64,000 nt of DNA from positions 1 to 64,000 of IMG/VR virus record IMGVR_UViG_3300047497_000079. One strand, written 5' to 3'. Origin of the DNA: a virus. The notes beneath the pieces were generated by a model, which was not told the DNA's origin, searched no databases, and saw only the letters and a program-made list of their open reading frames with translations. Both the position numbers and the translations under genes were made by a program. Within the stretch, counting starts at the first letter, position 1. The number at the start of each line of letters is the position of its first letter. Positions 46,917-57,564 of the stretch are shown here, piece after piece.

Positions 46917-47948
46917 TCATGATGCGCGCTTTCTCTTCGTAAACCCTACGACACGGCTTTGATCGGGTAGATCATCGGACGTTATAGTCTCGTTGATCCG
47001 GTCATCCAATGACTCTACGACCTCGTCAAAGTTACGGTCGAAGACTGTCATGGCAATGATCACTTCTTTCATGAAGGCGATTGAGAATCCCTTTGTCTTT
47101 GACACGTAATATTCGGTCTGCTCGGGTGTTGCTTCGGGCAGTTTACGCAAGAAGAATTCGCGCCGCACTTCTGTAGAAGGCATGCCGATATATTTGATCG
47201 TATCAAGCCGGGAGGGGCGAAAGATCCTTTTGTGGATTTGCTCGGGATGATTGGTCGTCGCCAGAAAGACGACGTTTCCTATCTGCGTCTCGCCATCGAG
47301 CATGGATGCATACTCGCCATCCCCATTCCGATTGATCAACGTTTCAAGTTCCTCCAGGATACAGATCATGGGACGATCCGGCTCATTCTGGCGGATCATT
47401 CTCATGGCGTCGATGGCATATGGAGGAAAATCGACGAACAAAACGATGCCGTTGTATTTCGTTATCAGCTCTTTGGTTAGCTTGTTGACGAGGGTTGTTT
47501 TGCCAGAGCCAGGGGGTCCCCAAAAAAGAAAACCACGCTTCCACACAAACCCTCTGTCACGATATTTTGCCTCGGAAGACCAGAACTTTTCGAACTCCGC
47601 GATCACACCTGAAAAGGATTCGTCGGGAAGATCGATGATGTCATCGGCCTGCACTTCATGTTTCTTGACGACCGGGCCAGTCCCGTCCATGTTGTCGCAA
47701 CGATAAACGCCCGCAGGCAGGGTCTTATAGGAATGATTGACAGACCAGAATATCCCATTACGCTCTCCCCATGCCTTTTCACCGGGTGATATAGACATGG
47801 AGATCTCTTCGCTTTCTCCATTATCTGTTAGAGACCCATACGGATCCTCTCTCTGAGACTTTTTCCGTTTGTTTGATATTGACGGTTGGGGAGTAGGTGC
47901 CTTCGTTCCGGCAATCTCAAAAAACTTCTTTGTGGATTCATCCGTCAT
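46917..47948 (-). CDS. AAA+ ATPase
   Basis: RGFLFWGPPGSGKT, ILEE, ATTNHPE, RPSR. Confidence 0.9.
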   Translation of the reverse strand: MTDESTKKFFEIAGTKAPTPQPSISNKRKKSQREDPYGSLTDNGESEEISMSISPGEKAWGERNGIFWSVNHSYKTLPAGVYRCDNMDGTGPVVKKHEVQADDIIDLPDESFSGVIAEFEKFWSSEAKYRDRGFVWKRGFLFWGPPGSGKTTLVNKLTKELITKYNGIVLFVDFPPYAIDAMRMIRQNEPDRPMICILEELETLINRNGDGEYASMLDGETQIGNVVFLATTNHPEQIHKRIFRPSRLDTIKYIGMPSTEVRREFFLRKLPEATPEQTEYYVSKTKGFSIAFMKEVIIAMTVFDRNFDEVVESLDDRINETITSDDLPDQSRVVGFTKRKRAS

Positions 47949-48033
47949 AACATATCCTTACTACTAAATTGGCTGATCGTCTGTAGGCTCGATAGAAGGC
48001 CGTACAGGCGTACTTCTTTTTTGTGGTACTACC

Positions 48034-48399
48034 CTAGCTCCCCTCACCGCTCTTGCCGTCTCCGGACGCGTCTGCTTGGCAGGAAGCGGATTTCATCTCC
48101 GGGGGAAGATAATCTTGTAGAATCACCCATCGTTGCTTTTCGGAGAACCCCTCGTCATACAAATTCGAGATGATTGACTCCATCTCGATCCCTTCTCTAA
48201 CGAGTTCTTTCTCAAACGGAGTGAGTTTATCGAAGAAATAAAACGCTCGACGAGCATTACTTTCGAGAGTCCTCCATGGAGTCTTCCATCCCCCGTGCTC
48301 GAATGATGCCGGAACCCATTCATCGGGACATAATCGTTTACCAAAGTCAGACGCCTTCCGACATCTTGGATTGAATTTCCATTTACCGAATACTGCCAT
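48034..48399 (-). CDS. hypothetical protein
   Basis: 121-aa ORF in the minus-strand run. Confidence 0.6.
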   Translation of the reverse strand: MAVFGKWKFNPRCRKASDFGKRLCPDEWVPASFEHGGWKTPWRTLESNARRAFYFFDKLTPFEKELVREGIEMESIISNLYDEGFSEKQRWVILQDYLPPEMKSASCQADASGDGKSGEGS

Positions 48400-48460
48400 T
48401 AATACGTCAGACCCGCTGCCAGAAGTCCGAGGATCATTAGGATTTCACACACATACGAGA

Positions 48461-48976
48461 TCATACTCTTCTTTCCCTTTTGTGGACGGCTCTACTCTGA
48501 CGCCGGGCTATGTGATTACCTTTGATAACGAGATCAATGCCCGCGCCGCACAAGCGCGATAGAAGCTCGATGACGAGATATGAGAGTGCTATTAGGAAGA
48601 TCATCAGAGGCTGAGCAATCTGGGAGTCCGATCCCGTCACGGACGTAACCAGCGCAATCTGATAATTGTGAACCTCGGGTTGTTGAGCCGTCTTCAAGGT
48701 TTCCATGATTGTGATTAAGGCGCAGTAGGTATAGCACGCCAGTGTCGTCAAGAAGAGAAGGTGTGATTTGCCAAGTAAGGTCTGTACCAGCGGCACGACC
48801 AGGACGGCTATCGTGGCAATGGCATATGTCAACAACTCAATAGAGCTGGTCTTTAGAAAGAGAACATTGGAGATAATGACGATAAGCTGAGAGGACACGG
48901 CGAGAGCTATAAGCGCGGCACCGAGACTCCAGTAGGTGTATGGAGAGTGAGTGGGCAGGCGAGTATGGGACGGCAT
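48461..48976 (-). CDS. multi-pass membrane protein
   Basis: 4 hydrophobic segments. Confidence 0.65.
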   Translation of the reverse strand: MPSHTRLPTHSPYTYWSLGAALIALAVSSQLIVIISNVLFLKTSSIELLTYAIATIAVLVVPLVQTLLGKSHLLFLTTLACYTYCALITIMETLKTAQQPEVHNYQIALVTSVTGSDSQIAQPLMIFLIALSYLVIELLSRLCGAGIDLVIKGNHIARRQSRAVHKRERRV

Positions 48977-49080
48977 GGGGAATATTCCAAATCAATGACT
49001 ACTCCTCATTTAATTTCCCCTAATCATTCTTCAATACTGATTCCGAGCAATGAATTGAATTATGAAATTATGATTAATGG

Positions 49081-49584
49081 CTATGGAAGTCCAACGAGAG
49101 TAGACAGATCAATAGTCGCCGGGATCTTGGGATCGAACCATACCGAGGCGGAATCCGAAGCCGGGATAGCTTTACCGATCATTGCAGGAATAGGCAGTAG
49201 GATATAAGGCCCGTCGTCGCTTTTGGCCTTTTTGCGCATCGTCTTCAGCCAGGGCTTTGCTGCCTCTTCCCACGGCTTTTTCCAATACTTCGTGTCAGGA
49301 AGGACCTCGACGGCCATTTCAATCGTTGCGCCGTCCACGCAAGCCACGGCGTCTTCCCAGCGGTAGATCTTCGGGTATCCAGGGATTCGGAAATAGAACT
49401 TATAATCGCCGAGTTCCACGTCCGAGAACAGATCATTGTGAACGGTTCGCAGGGGCATGAAATTAGTGGGAGACCCCGAAGTAAATTCAATATCCATGGG
49501 ATCAAGCACGAGCTTCATCAGCTCATTCAAGTTTTTGCGATATTTCACATATCGTTCGCATCGCCCCCGAAAGCAGATGTGCAT
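49081..49584 (-). CDS. hypothetical protein (paralog of 49586..50104)
   Basis: C-terminal WFDPKIPATIDLSTL. Confidence 0.65.
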   Translation of the reverse strand: MHICFRGRCERYVKYRKNLNELMKLVLDPMDIEFTSGSPTNFMPLRTVHNDLFSDVELGDYKFYFRIPGYPKIYRWEDAVACVDGATIEMAVEVLPDTKYWKKPWEEAAKPWLKTMRKKAKSDDGPYILLPIPAMIGKAIPASDSASVWFDPKIPATIDLSTLVGLP

Positions 49585-49585
49585 G

Positions 49586-50104
49586 TCATAGTCCTCTTAA
49601 TGAATCGAGATTGATCTTGGATGGCATTTTTGGATCGAACCAGCATCGTGGCGGACCGGCCGTGAATTCGCGGCTGGATATCCGTATCGCCGCAGGAAAA
49701 GGAGCGGCGATGAATTCATTAATGTCCCATGTTTGAACGGGCACACTAGAAGCCGGGTCTATGTACTCGAACTGGATATCGTAATATCCCGTTAGTCCCG
49801 AAATGGGGAATGGGGAGTGGCCTTCCCATATTCCATCAAAGACCAATGCTGCGGGGCCTTTGAGGAAAAGTCTGCTAGGGCTCTTTGTGTCCCACACCTT
49901 TATGTGGAGCTTCGACTCTTCGAATGGATCAAGCGGAGAGAACAGGCGTAACATACGATGTACGTCGTGCCAGTAGGAATGTGGCATAGGCCATCCCGGA
50001 TAGGAAAATTGAGCCCACGCGTCATGGACGCTATTCGCCATGGTACAAACTCCTTCAACCGTTGGGGCGTACCGTAATGCGGTCGTAGCAAGCTTTGCCT
50101 TCAT
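49586..50104 (-). CDS. hypothetical protein (paralog of 49081..49584)
   Basis: C-terminal WFDPKMPSKINLDSL. Confidence 0.65.
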   Translation of the reverse strand: MKAKLATTALRYAPTVEGVCTMANSVHDAWAQFSYPGWPMPHSYWHDVHRMLRLFSPLDPFEESKLHIKVWDTKSPSRLFLKGPAALVFDGIWEGHSPFPISGLTGYYDIQFEYIDPASSVPVQTWDINEFIAAPFPAAIRISSREFTAGPPRCWFDPKMPSKINLDSLRGL

Positions 50105-50880
50105 TCAAGCCGCCGAGATAGCCGACAGCGCCTGCGGTCATGAGCAGGAAGAAGATGATGGTGAAAAAGAACAGGTCTCTGGGCATTGGAACCTCAAGGA
50201 AGAATGTTGGAAAGATAGGGGACGGAAGCGGGACATCCCATCGGATCGTCGATGAAGAAGCTCGCGATAGTGCCCACAATGGCGATAGTCATGACGATAG
50301 CGAACGCGCGCACAAATCCCTTGATGTCTTCGGGCATCACAAAAACGTCCGAAACAAATCGACGAAGACATCGGGATAAAACAGTGCCACGCCGGAACCG
50401 AAAGTGATCGTCCAGCAAGCAATCAAAAGGATCACGGCGAGGTCCCCTCGTAAGTGAGCTGGTGAGAAGGGGGCGTGCGGGGCGATGGCACGATGAATAT
50501 CCACACGCGCCACCTACGCCGCTCGGGCGGCCGGCCCGCCACGATACGCCCCAATTCCATGAGAAGGTTGACGGCGGTCAGCTCGACGAGCACGCCAAGC
50601 ATGATCAAAAAGCGGCCGGCGCGACCCCGGAAATCCCTGCGGTTGTAGAGAATATCCGTCATGACGCGAACTTTCCACTGTTCCCATAGTTCGCCGTCGC
50701 CGGTGCGTGGTGGATCATATATCGTCATGTAGACCCCAATGAGTATGACCAATTAATAGTATTCCGAAGCCGGGCAGCAAGTGCCCGGAGGAAAAATGGA
50801 ATAAAATCATTTCATTAGCGTTAATATGGGGCGTTAATAGGGATAGTTACCGCGACCAGGCCACGGGAGCAGTTGAGGGC

Positions 50881-50963
50881 AAAAAAGAGCCCCGAAGAGA
50901 ATACACGCTCCGAGGCCAAGTTGAGATAGGGAAACTTGAAAGAGAAGGACTTCTCTTTCAAGG
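50881..50963 (-). ncRNA. suhB/MmgR-like alphaproteobacterial sRNA candidate
   Basis: Minus strand: hairpin TTGAAAGAGAA..TTCTCTTTCAA, unpaired GTTTCCCTATCTCAACTT, terminator GGCCTCGGAG..CTTCGGGGCT TTTTTT; TTGACT -35 upstream. Confidence 0.5.
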
Positions 50964-51455
50964 CGTCATGGTTAATGCATGGTTTAGGATTAGTCAAGGG
51001 GGGGAAGAGCGGAGCACCAGGGCTATGTTAGGCCAACAGCTCGACGCTCTTCCCAGCCACCGTTCGCCTATTGGGCGGGGCACAGGTGGCTGCCCTTATA
51101 TGTGACGGGCCTATAGCCGTGTCAACTATTCCGTTTGTGACAGATTTATCACAGACTATTAGTTTTATGAATGTATCTTCCCAAACAGGGAATAATACGT
51201 TAACCTTAACCTGATGCATACCGCATCATCAGGGTGGTTGACATGAGAGCTGAAGCAAACTCTTCCCATTTGCCGGTGTATACTCTTACCTTAGGTTGCG
51301 CTTTCGATTATGGGTGATAGCATCCTTACCCTTTGTTTTCGCGGGACTTCGGGAACAGAGAGGGGATCGTTAGATCCCCTTAGGAGCGTGCATGAACCTC
51401 TTGAACTGTCTATCTATTGAATTAGTACGCATCTATCGCTGGAACGGCACCGAGT

Positions 51456-53568
51456 TTGATTTTGTTCGATCCAGGTTCGTGGCTTTCGTTAAGAATACAT
51501 CCTCCTCGACTACTACTATCTGCAAAGGGAACAATCCGTCCAAGTTACGGATTCGTCATGATTGAATTAAGCTTATTTGCAGACTTTCCCTTTAAGATCA
51601 AATGGAAGCACTTGTGGGATCGTACGTGGGAAATATCTCCCAACAAGTCACTTGAGATCGAGATTGAACGACGGAACTTAGTGTTCTCCTTTTTCCTGAG
51701 AGTATCCTTCCGGGGATATGACCATGCAGGCCCAAAGCTGCGCATGGGTTTGTTCTGTCACGAGATCTCCATTGACTTTTACGACATCCGTCACTGGGAC
51801 CGGGAAGCCGATCAGTGGGAGAAACGCATGTGGCAGAAAGAATAATTGCGATGTCGCTTGGAAACATAGATCCTGAAATGCTCGTACTTCCCGTGGCGTT
51901 GGGATCGGAATTAGGTCGTTACCTATGATAACTCTCGTTATACAATTAAGGATGGCAATGGCATGGGCATGATGACAACAAACTCTGATACACGTTACAG
52001 TTCCCCAAAGCCGGGAAAAAAATCTTCTTACGCGGCGATCCGGCGCAAGTACCCGAATTTCTATGACGTCGTCGTCAGTAGTGAAAACGAGCTTAATGAG
52101 TACATGACGCAGACTTTTCCTCACTGGCAAGAATCGAGGCGTTGGGAAGAGGATGGCGTTACCCTCATCGAGCTGGTTGAGGACAACGTCGTGATGGAGG
52201 TCGTCGCTTTCACCGGTCCTAAGAAGGCAGACGTCACCTTCTACTACTACCGCAAGGCGTCAACGGGCCGTTACATCGCGATTTCCCCCCAGGATGACGG
52301 CTTCTTCGCCGCCGATGACACTCTCGATGCTCTCCAAGCCAAGGCCGTTGAAGCGTGGAACGATCTGCGGGCCGTGCAGGGGCTGTCTCCCGTGGATGTG
52401 CAAGCTACATGGATCGAAATCGCCGTCCCGGCCGGGGAGGAATAGAGTCCGTGTACGCCATGAGAGCCGTCACTTCCCTCGATCCCGCGACGAACGCTTC
52501 CTCCGTCGTGCTATGGGATATGTTCAAGGGCGTTGAGCAGACGTGGCTGGGGTCGCGGCGTACTCTCGATCAATGCTCTTTGTTTCTTCGCGCCCCCGTC
52601 GACGATTCCGTCAAACATGAGAGCGTGTCCGTAAAGGAAGATCATTCCATCGCGGCTCTGCGGCGGCTTTGGGCTGACTATCCAGAGCTAATGAAAAAGT
52701 GGGATGCACCCCAAGTGCCGGAAGAGGAAGAGCATGATTAGCAACATACTCTTAATGATCGTGATCATCATGGAGATAATACTCTTCGCCGATTATCTGG
52801 CGATGCGTAAGCGAATGGACCGTCTCCAACAGCGGTTGGAAAGCTTGATCATCCGCCGCCGCCTCGAACGCTTCTCGAATTGGGGCGTAGGAAGAGAACC
52901 ATGAGCCGCATGATCCCTTATGATGTATCCGTCATCTCAACGGCAGGTCCGCCCCTACGTTACGTTGCGCGGATCGAAGCCGTCGACGAACATTCCGCCG
53001 CGCTGATCGCCATTCGCCGCGCCGGGTGCGAAGGCCGTCTCTGTGCCGTCTCGGTATCGGCCGGATATGGCGACGAAACATCGTACATCACCGATTATAA
53101 AACGGGGTATCGAACCCTCGAAGACTATTCACAGTAGAGGAAAAATGACGGAGGAAGCGTTCTATTATGACATGTGGATCATCTGCTTAGTAGGCTGGAC
53201 CTTTACGTCATTCATGGCGTGGAGGTTATGGTTAGAAAATAGACGTTTGTTGAAGTTGCTTATCGGTAATCGTAAATCTAATGATACAGGGGCACAACAT
53301 GGCGGCGGCGAAATACAAGGGCAAACATACCATCATTAGCAACGGCATACTCTCTCATTATGAGCGTATTAAGACCGTCGAGGATCTCGCCGAATTCTTT
53401 TCGGGGGCAGATAAGGACGATCTCCAATTCTCGGAATGTATCGATCCCGAATCGCATCAACGCTTCGTCGCCGTTACTAACGTAAAGACGGGCGAACGCA
53501 AGGCATACGACTTCGCCATCGCCCGCGCGTATAAGAACGAAGTCGAATTTTTGCTGACGTTGAATTAG
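51456..53568 (+). other. run of small hypothetical CDS, including 51963..52445 with a HicB/DUF1902-like C-terminal fold
   Basis: Co-oriented, often overlapping ORFs; YIAISP..GFFA..DTLDAL motif. Confidence 0.6.
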
Positions 53569-53577
53569 GGGAACACT

Positions 53578-54018
53578 ATGGGTTCTGAAATTGATCGTAG
53601 AGGCTTCCTGGGCCTCGTAGGGGCCTTTGCAGCTCCGGCCGTGATCCTGACACCGGGCTTGCTAATGCCCGTCCATAAGCGTCTGTTGACGTCGAGAGAA
53701 GCCGAGCTAATTTCCCTGTACAAGCTTCCCGATCAGATCTTGTTCTCGGCGGCTTCACCATCCGTACAGAGACAGATGATTGCGGCCGCCGAATTCTGGA
53801 CCAGGGCATTCCCCCGGCGATCTCTGGGCGAGCTAGTGGAATCCAAACATGATTTCGGCGTCGATGCCGGCTTGGTCTATCTCGGGCCGGGTAAGCGTGG
53901 CATTCGTCCCGATGGAGGCCCGGCCGCGCTATACGACTATTCCCGTCCTCGCTGCGTATTAGATTGTATCCCTCTCTATCCATGGATGGACAAGGAGACG
54001 CGCTATGATCGGACGTAG
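53578..54018 (+). CDS. twin-arginine-signal-like hypothetical protein
   Basis: IDRRGFLG..AAPAVI.TPGLLMP. Confidence 0.65.
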   Translation: MGSEIDRRGFLGLVGAFAAPAVILTPGLLMPVHKRLLTSREAELISLYKLPDQILFSAASPSVQRQMIAAAEFWTRAFPRRSLGELVESKHDFGVDAGLVYLGPGKRGIRPDGGPAALYDYSRPRCVLDCIPLYPWMDKETRYDRT

Positions 54019-54289
54019 AGGATTTATCACGGGCCTCACGGGTCTAATAGCGGCACCAACCGTCATTCGTACGCCGGGCTTGCTCATGCCTATTCGTTCG
54101 GGGCGCGGTATCTATGACTTCGTCGTCGTATGTGACTCAACCAATAACACGCCTGATATTGATGTCCCCGATGATGTGTTTAATCACCAGTTCACTCTTG
54201 ACCAAGTACAGGTGAATGCAAGCGTCCGCCGCCTCGAAGCGGTTTATATCTGGGAACGTCGGGATGGGATCTGGCTGTCTCAATCGTAA
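54005..54289 (+). CDS. twin-arginine-signal-like protein with a tail-sheath C-terminal-like motif
   Basis: IGRRGFIT..TPGLLMP; GIYDFVVVCDSTNNTPD. Confidence 0.65.
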   Translation: MIGRRGFITGLTGLIAAPTVIRTPGLLMPIRSGRGIYDFVVVCDSTNNTPDIDVPDDVFNHQFTLDQVQVNASVRRLEAVYIWERRDGIWLSQS

Positions 54290-54338
54290 TTAATTGATTA
54301 AAAAGCCGAGAGGGGTCGTGATCGAGGTCACGATTATC

Positions 54339-55349
54339 TCAGCTCGTTCTTTGTACCTGAGCTATTGCGGTCTTTTTGAAGACGGCCACTTCGTCGACCA
54401 CGGCGCGGGCATTCGTTAGGCTGTTTGATCCAGGCCGAAGGAGAATATAACTAGACACCTTTTTAACGTCGGGGTGTTTCAGAAGCTTGTTGGCGTTCAT
54501 CTTCAGGACCACGAACGATTCTCCTACGGCCACGGCGGATGATCCCTCCGTTATTGATATCATCGGATGCACGTTGGTATAGCGTATGGCTTCGCCGTGG
54601 CGGTCATTAGGGAATTCGATGATGTTCTTCTCGCGGTAAAGTTCATATTCGTTCCATAACAGCGTTAGATATACAGGCGGGAGCTTGTGTGTCCACGTAG
54701 GAAAGGTTATTTGCTTAAGCCCTTTGAGCCGGGATGGTTCGAATACGAGATAGCACACAGGTGTTGATGTACCCTCTGTTTCCTCTTTGGCCGTGTCCTT
54801 ATACTGGATGGCATCGTAAAGGCGGGCCAGCTTGGATCGAACGAAGGATATGTCTCTTCGTACTTGAGATAGGCTTACGTACCTGTCCATTTCTAATAGC
54901 ATGCACATCTTTCGGGTACGAGAAGTCTCCGTGCCATTGTTTCCTTTAAGATAACCCTTCACTTTCTTGGGTCGATTCGAATACTTTAGGAGATATTGTT
55001 CCCACGCATCGACGTCGTCACCGAACTTCGTGCGAAAGAAGAGCCTATTGAACGCGAGGAAATCGTCGGGACAGTCGCCGGATTGATCGAGGACTAGGAT
55101 GCGCGGCGGTATCTGAGCTTGATACAGATTAAGGGCCAGAGTGTTCTTGATGCCGTAGTAATTCATCGACAGCTTTGGATCTTTGGCCCAGTGCGTACCT
55201 AGATACATGTCGATGGTCGTGGCGTGGTGTTTTATTCGTTCGGCGGCATAACCCGCGCGGTACATCTTGTTGGGGAGTATCAGTCCTTTAAGGTATTTGG
55301 CGAGGTCTGCTACGGAGTATTCGGCGAGGTGCTGGGCGAACGATAACAT
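54339..55349 (-). CDS. putative internal head protein with ADP-ribosyltransferase-like domain
   Basis: MLSFAQHLAE; MYRAG..MYLG..YDAIQY.D..YLVFEPSRLK resembles ART-PolyVal. Confidence 0.6.
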   Translation of the reverse strand: MLSFAQHLAEYSVADLAKYLKGLILPNKMYRAGYAAERIKHHATTIDMYLGTHWAKDPKLSMNYYGIKNTLALNLYQAQIPPRILVLDQSGDCPDDFLAFNRLFFRTKFGDDVDAWEQYLLKYSNRPKKVKGYLKGNNGTETSRTRKMCMLLEMDRYVSLSQVRRDISFVRSKLARLYDAIQYKDTAKEETEGTSTPVCYLVFEPSRLKGLKQITFPTWTHKLPPVYLTLLWNEYELYREKNIIEFPNDRHGEAIRYTNVHPMISITEGSSAVAVGESFVVLKMNANKLLKHPDVKKVSSYILLRPGSNSLTNARAVVDEVAVFKKTAIAQVQRTS

Positions 55350-55354
55350 GCTCG

Positions 55355-55381
55355 TATTTATGCGTACGCATTACATAAATA
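55355..55381. promoter_or_regulatory. back-to-back late promoters
   Basis: TATTTAT..ATAAATA overlapping and flanking the palindrome ATGCGTACGCAT. Confidence 0.75.
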
Positions 55382-55385
55382 TGGG

Positions 55386-56360
55386 ATGCTATCCTTCTCG
55401 TCCTATATCCTCTCCGAACGCCTCGACTTCGACTTTCTCCAGGATGCTCGCACGACGGGTAACGCCGTGTTCGATGCGCTTCTAATTTACATTAAGAGCC
55501 ATGGAGGATTACCGGAAACGCGCGATACGAGAAAGATTCGAAGTTATTTTAAGAACGATCCCAATACTCACTGTGTACGTGTAAGAGACTTGCCCGTAAC
55601 AGACGACATCAAATCACGATATGGTTCATCGCTAATCTCTTTTGTGCCTTATGTCGTGTTGAATCCAAAATATAATGGAATGGGTCTTTATTTTGAAGGC
55701 GGTTATTCACATCCTACGGGTCCTGCTTTTATAAGAGCTATTACGACTCGTTTGTTTACGATCCTTAATAGTATTTTTATTGGGTATGTGACGCCTATCA
55801 ATGACACATCACGCTTTGCTTATGAGATGTCTAATATCAGGCGAACGACCTTCCTTCATGAGTGGACGCATTATATGCAGTATGTTATGGCGAAGAAGAA
55901 TGTCGAATACGCCGATGCCAAAGATGATTTGGACGCCTATCACAACCGATCCGCTGAGGTCGAGGCATTTACGCAAGAGATACTGCACGATCTGGATCTC
56001 ACGTTTAATCCAACATTTGGACCAAAGGGCGTAAAGACGTTCAAACAGTGTAATTGGTCGTCTCGATCCAAGTTCAATTCACCCAATGAACTATTAAGAG
56101 CGATGCTTGCTGATGCTCATGCTCGGGGCATATATGACAAATTCAATGCCGAAAATAAGATAAACGTGCTTAGAGTCGTGTATGACAATTATAAGAAAAT
56201 TATTATGAATCAGACATTGAAGGCCATTGCTCCCGATAAAAGCAGAGCAAGAGAGATAGCAATGCGGAAAATGGAGATTGATCATGAGAGGCGCAAACGT
56301 GATGCATTCCTTAATGCAGTCTTTGCTCGTAAGCGGGAGGCATTGAAGGCTCGTGCTTGA
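55386..56360 (+). CDS. putative internal head protein with zincin metallopeptidase motif
   Basis: MLSFSSYILSE; FLHEWTHYMQ..Y.N..AEVEAF. Confidence 0.7.
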   Translation: MLSFSSYILSERLDFDFLQDARTTGNAVFDALLIYIKSHGGLPETRDTRKIRSYFKNDPNTHCVRVRDLPVTDDIKSRYGSSLISFVPYVVLNPKYNGMGLYFEGGYSHPTGPAFIRAITTRLFTILNSIFIGYVTPINDTSRFAYEMSNIRRTTFLHEWTHYMQYVMAKKNVEYADAKDDLDAYHNRSAEVEAFTQEILHDLDLTFNPTFGPKGVKTFKQCNWSSRSKFNSPNELLRAMLADAHARGIYDKFNAENKINVLRVVYDNYKKIIMNQTLKAIAPDKSRAREIAMRKMEIDHERRKRDAFLNAVFARKREALKARA

Positions 56361-57140
56361 ATCGTGCATGAATCGTCGTGGAATCGTGCAAAACCCATGC
56401 AAATGCCATGCCTAATCGTGCGAGAACCATTCGGCGGCGTGCGAAGGCGTGCGGGACTGTCCAAGGTCATTCTAATGCGTGTAGGGGCGGTTCATTGCAT
56501 TTATATGCATGTCCTTGCGGTTCATTAACTGCACAGACTCTTGCCCTCGATCTCCCACCCCCAGGGTCGCAAGCGGCCCACACAAGCCTGCCCAAGAATT
56601 GATCACGAACTGCCTAAGGAATACTCAAAGTTCCATAATCCAACTTATGCGAACGAAAAACATGGGAGTAGTCGGCCCGTTCAAGGCATCATCGATCTCC
56701 AACTGCAAGGTGAACACAAAGTGAAACTCACAGCAACGTTGGGGTTGAAGTCCGTTGCCAATCCGGCATAAACTCTTCCCTCGCCCCATCGTCAGGGGGC
56801 AAGGAGGAGGGGTTCTCAACGGCGCGTACGATCCATTTGCAGCCGTGACAGCGGGGTAGAACCCCTCCTCCCCTCCCGTAAGCCCTGTCATATCAACGCC
56901 CTGTCCTGGCCCGTCCTTGTGGTTCATGGAGGGCCGCGCGTTCGCGCCGGCCTGTAGAAACCGACATATGCCAGGGATGGCATGGTGCAGTTGGGGACCC
57001 CGGTTGCCAGGAGTCTACATTGCTCTTTGCACGTTTTTGCTAGGATCACCCCTCGTTTACCAAGGTTTTACAAAGGGGTACCTTGCCCTTACAAATTTTT
57101 TTGCCAACCCCAACTACTCCCTGAAACGATTGGAGTAGTC

Positions 57141-57563
57141 ATGGCAAGCCCCGAAACAGAACTATCCCTTGCGCTGGGTCCATTGCAGGATCTTGCGACG
57201 AACATGCTTAGGACAGTCCGGCCTGGCTTGGGTGGGAATCCTCATTTGCTCTATGAACAGGCATTGGCATTCATTGAAGCTTTTGAGACCTATCGGGATC
57301 GTATGGGGCAATCCCTCACATCTGAAGACGTTCGCCGGGTGCTGAAGCTGCCCCCTCTTATCATGAGTTATGAAAACAGGGCTTCTGGAAAATATAGTGA
57401 GCTTTGCGTAGCCCGGAGTGAGTTCATCGACGAGGTCGTCGCGGCCTCTCTCCAGCTTGCTGCTTCAACGCTGACTTGGAATAATTCCATGCGAAGCAGG
57501 GCCGATTGGGCGATCATGGATGCCATGCAACAATATCAAAAAATCAGAAGGCAAGTAGTATAA
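57141..57563 (+). CDS. hypothetical helical protein
   Basis: ATG 57141 after GGAG. Confidence 0.6.
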   Translation: MASPETELSLALGPLQDLATNMLRTVRPGLGGNPHLLYEQALAFIEAFETYRDRMGQSLTSEDVRRVLKLPPLIMSYENRASGKYSELCVARSEFIDEVVAASLQLAASTLTWNNSMRSRADWAIMDAMQQYQKIRRQVV

Positions 57564-57564
57564 C

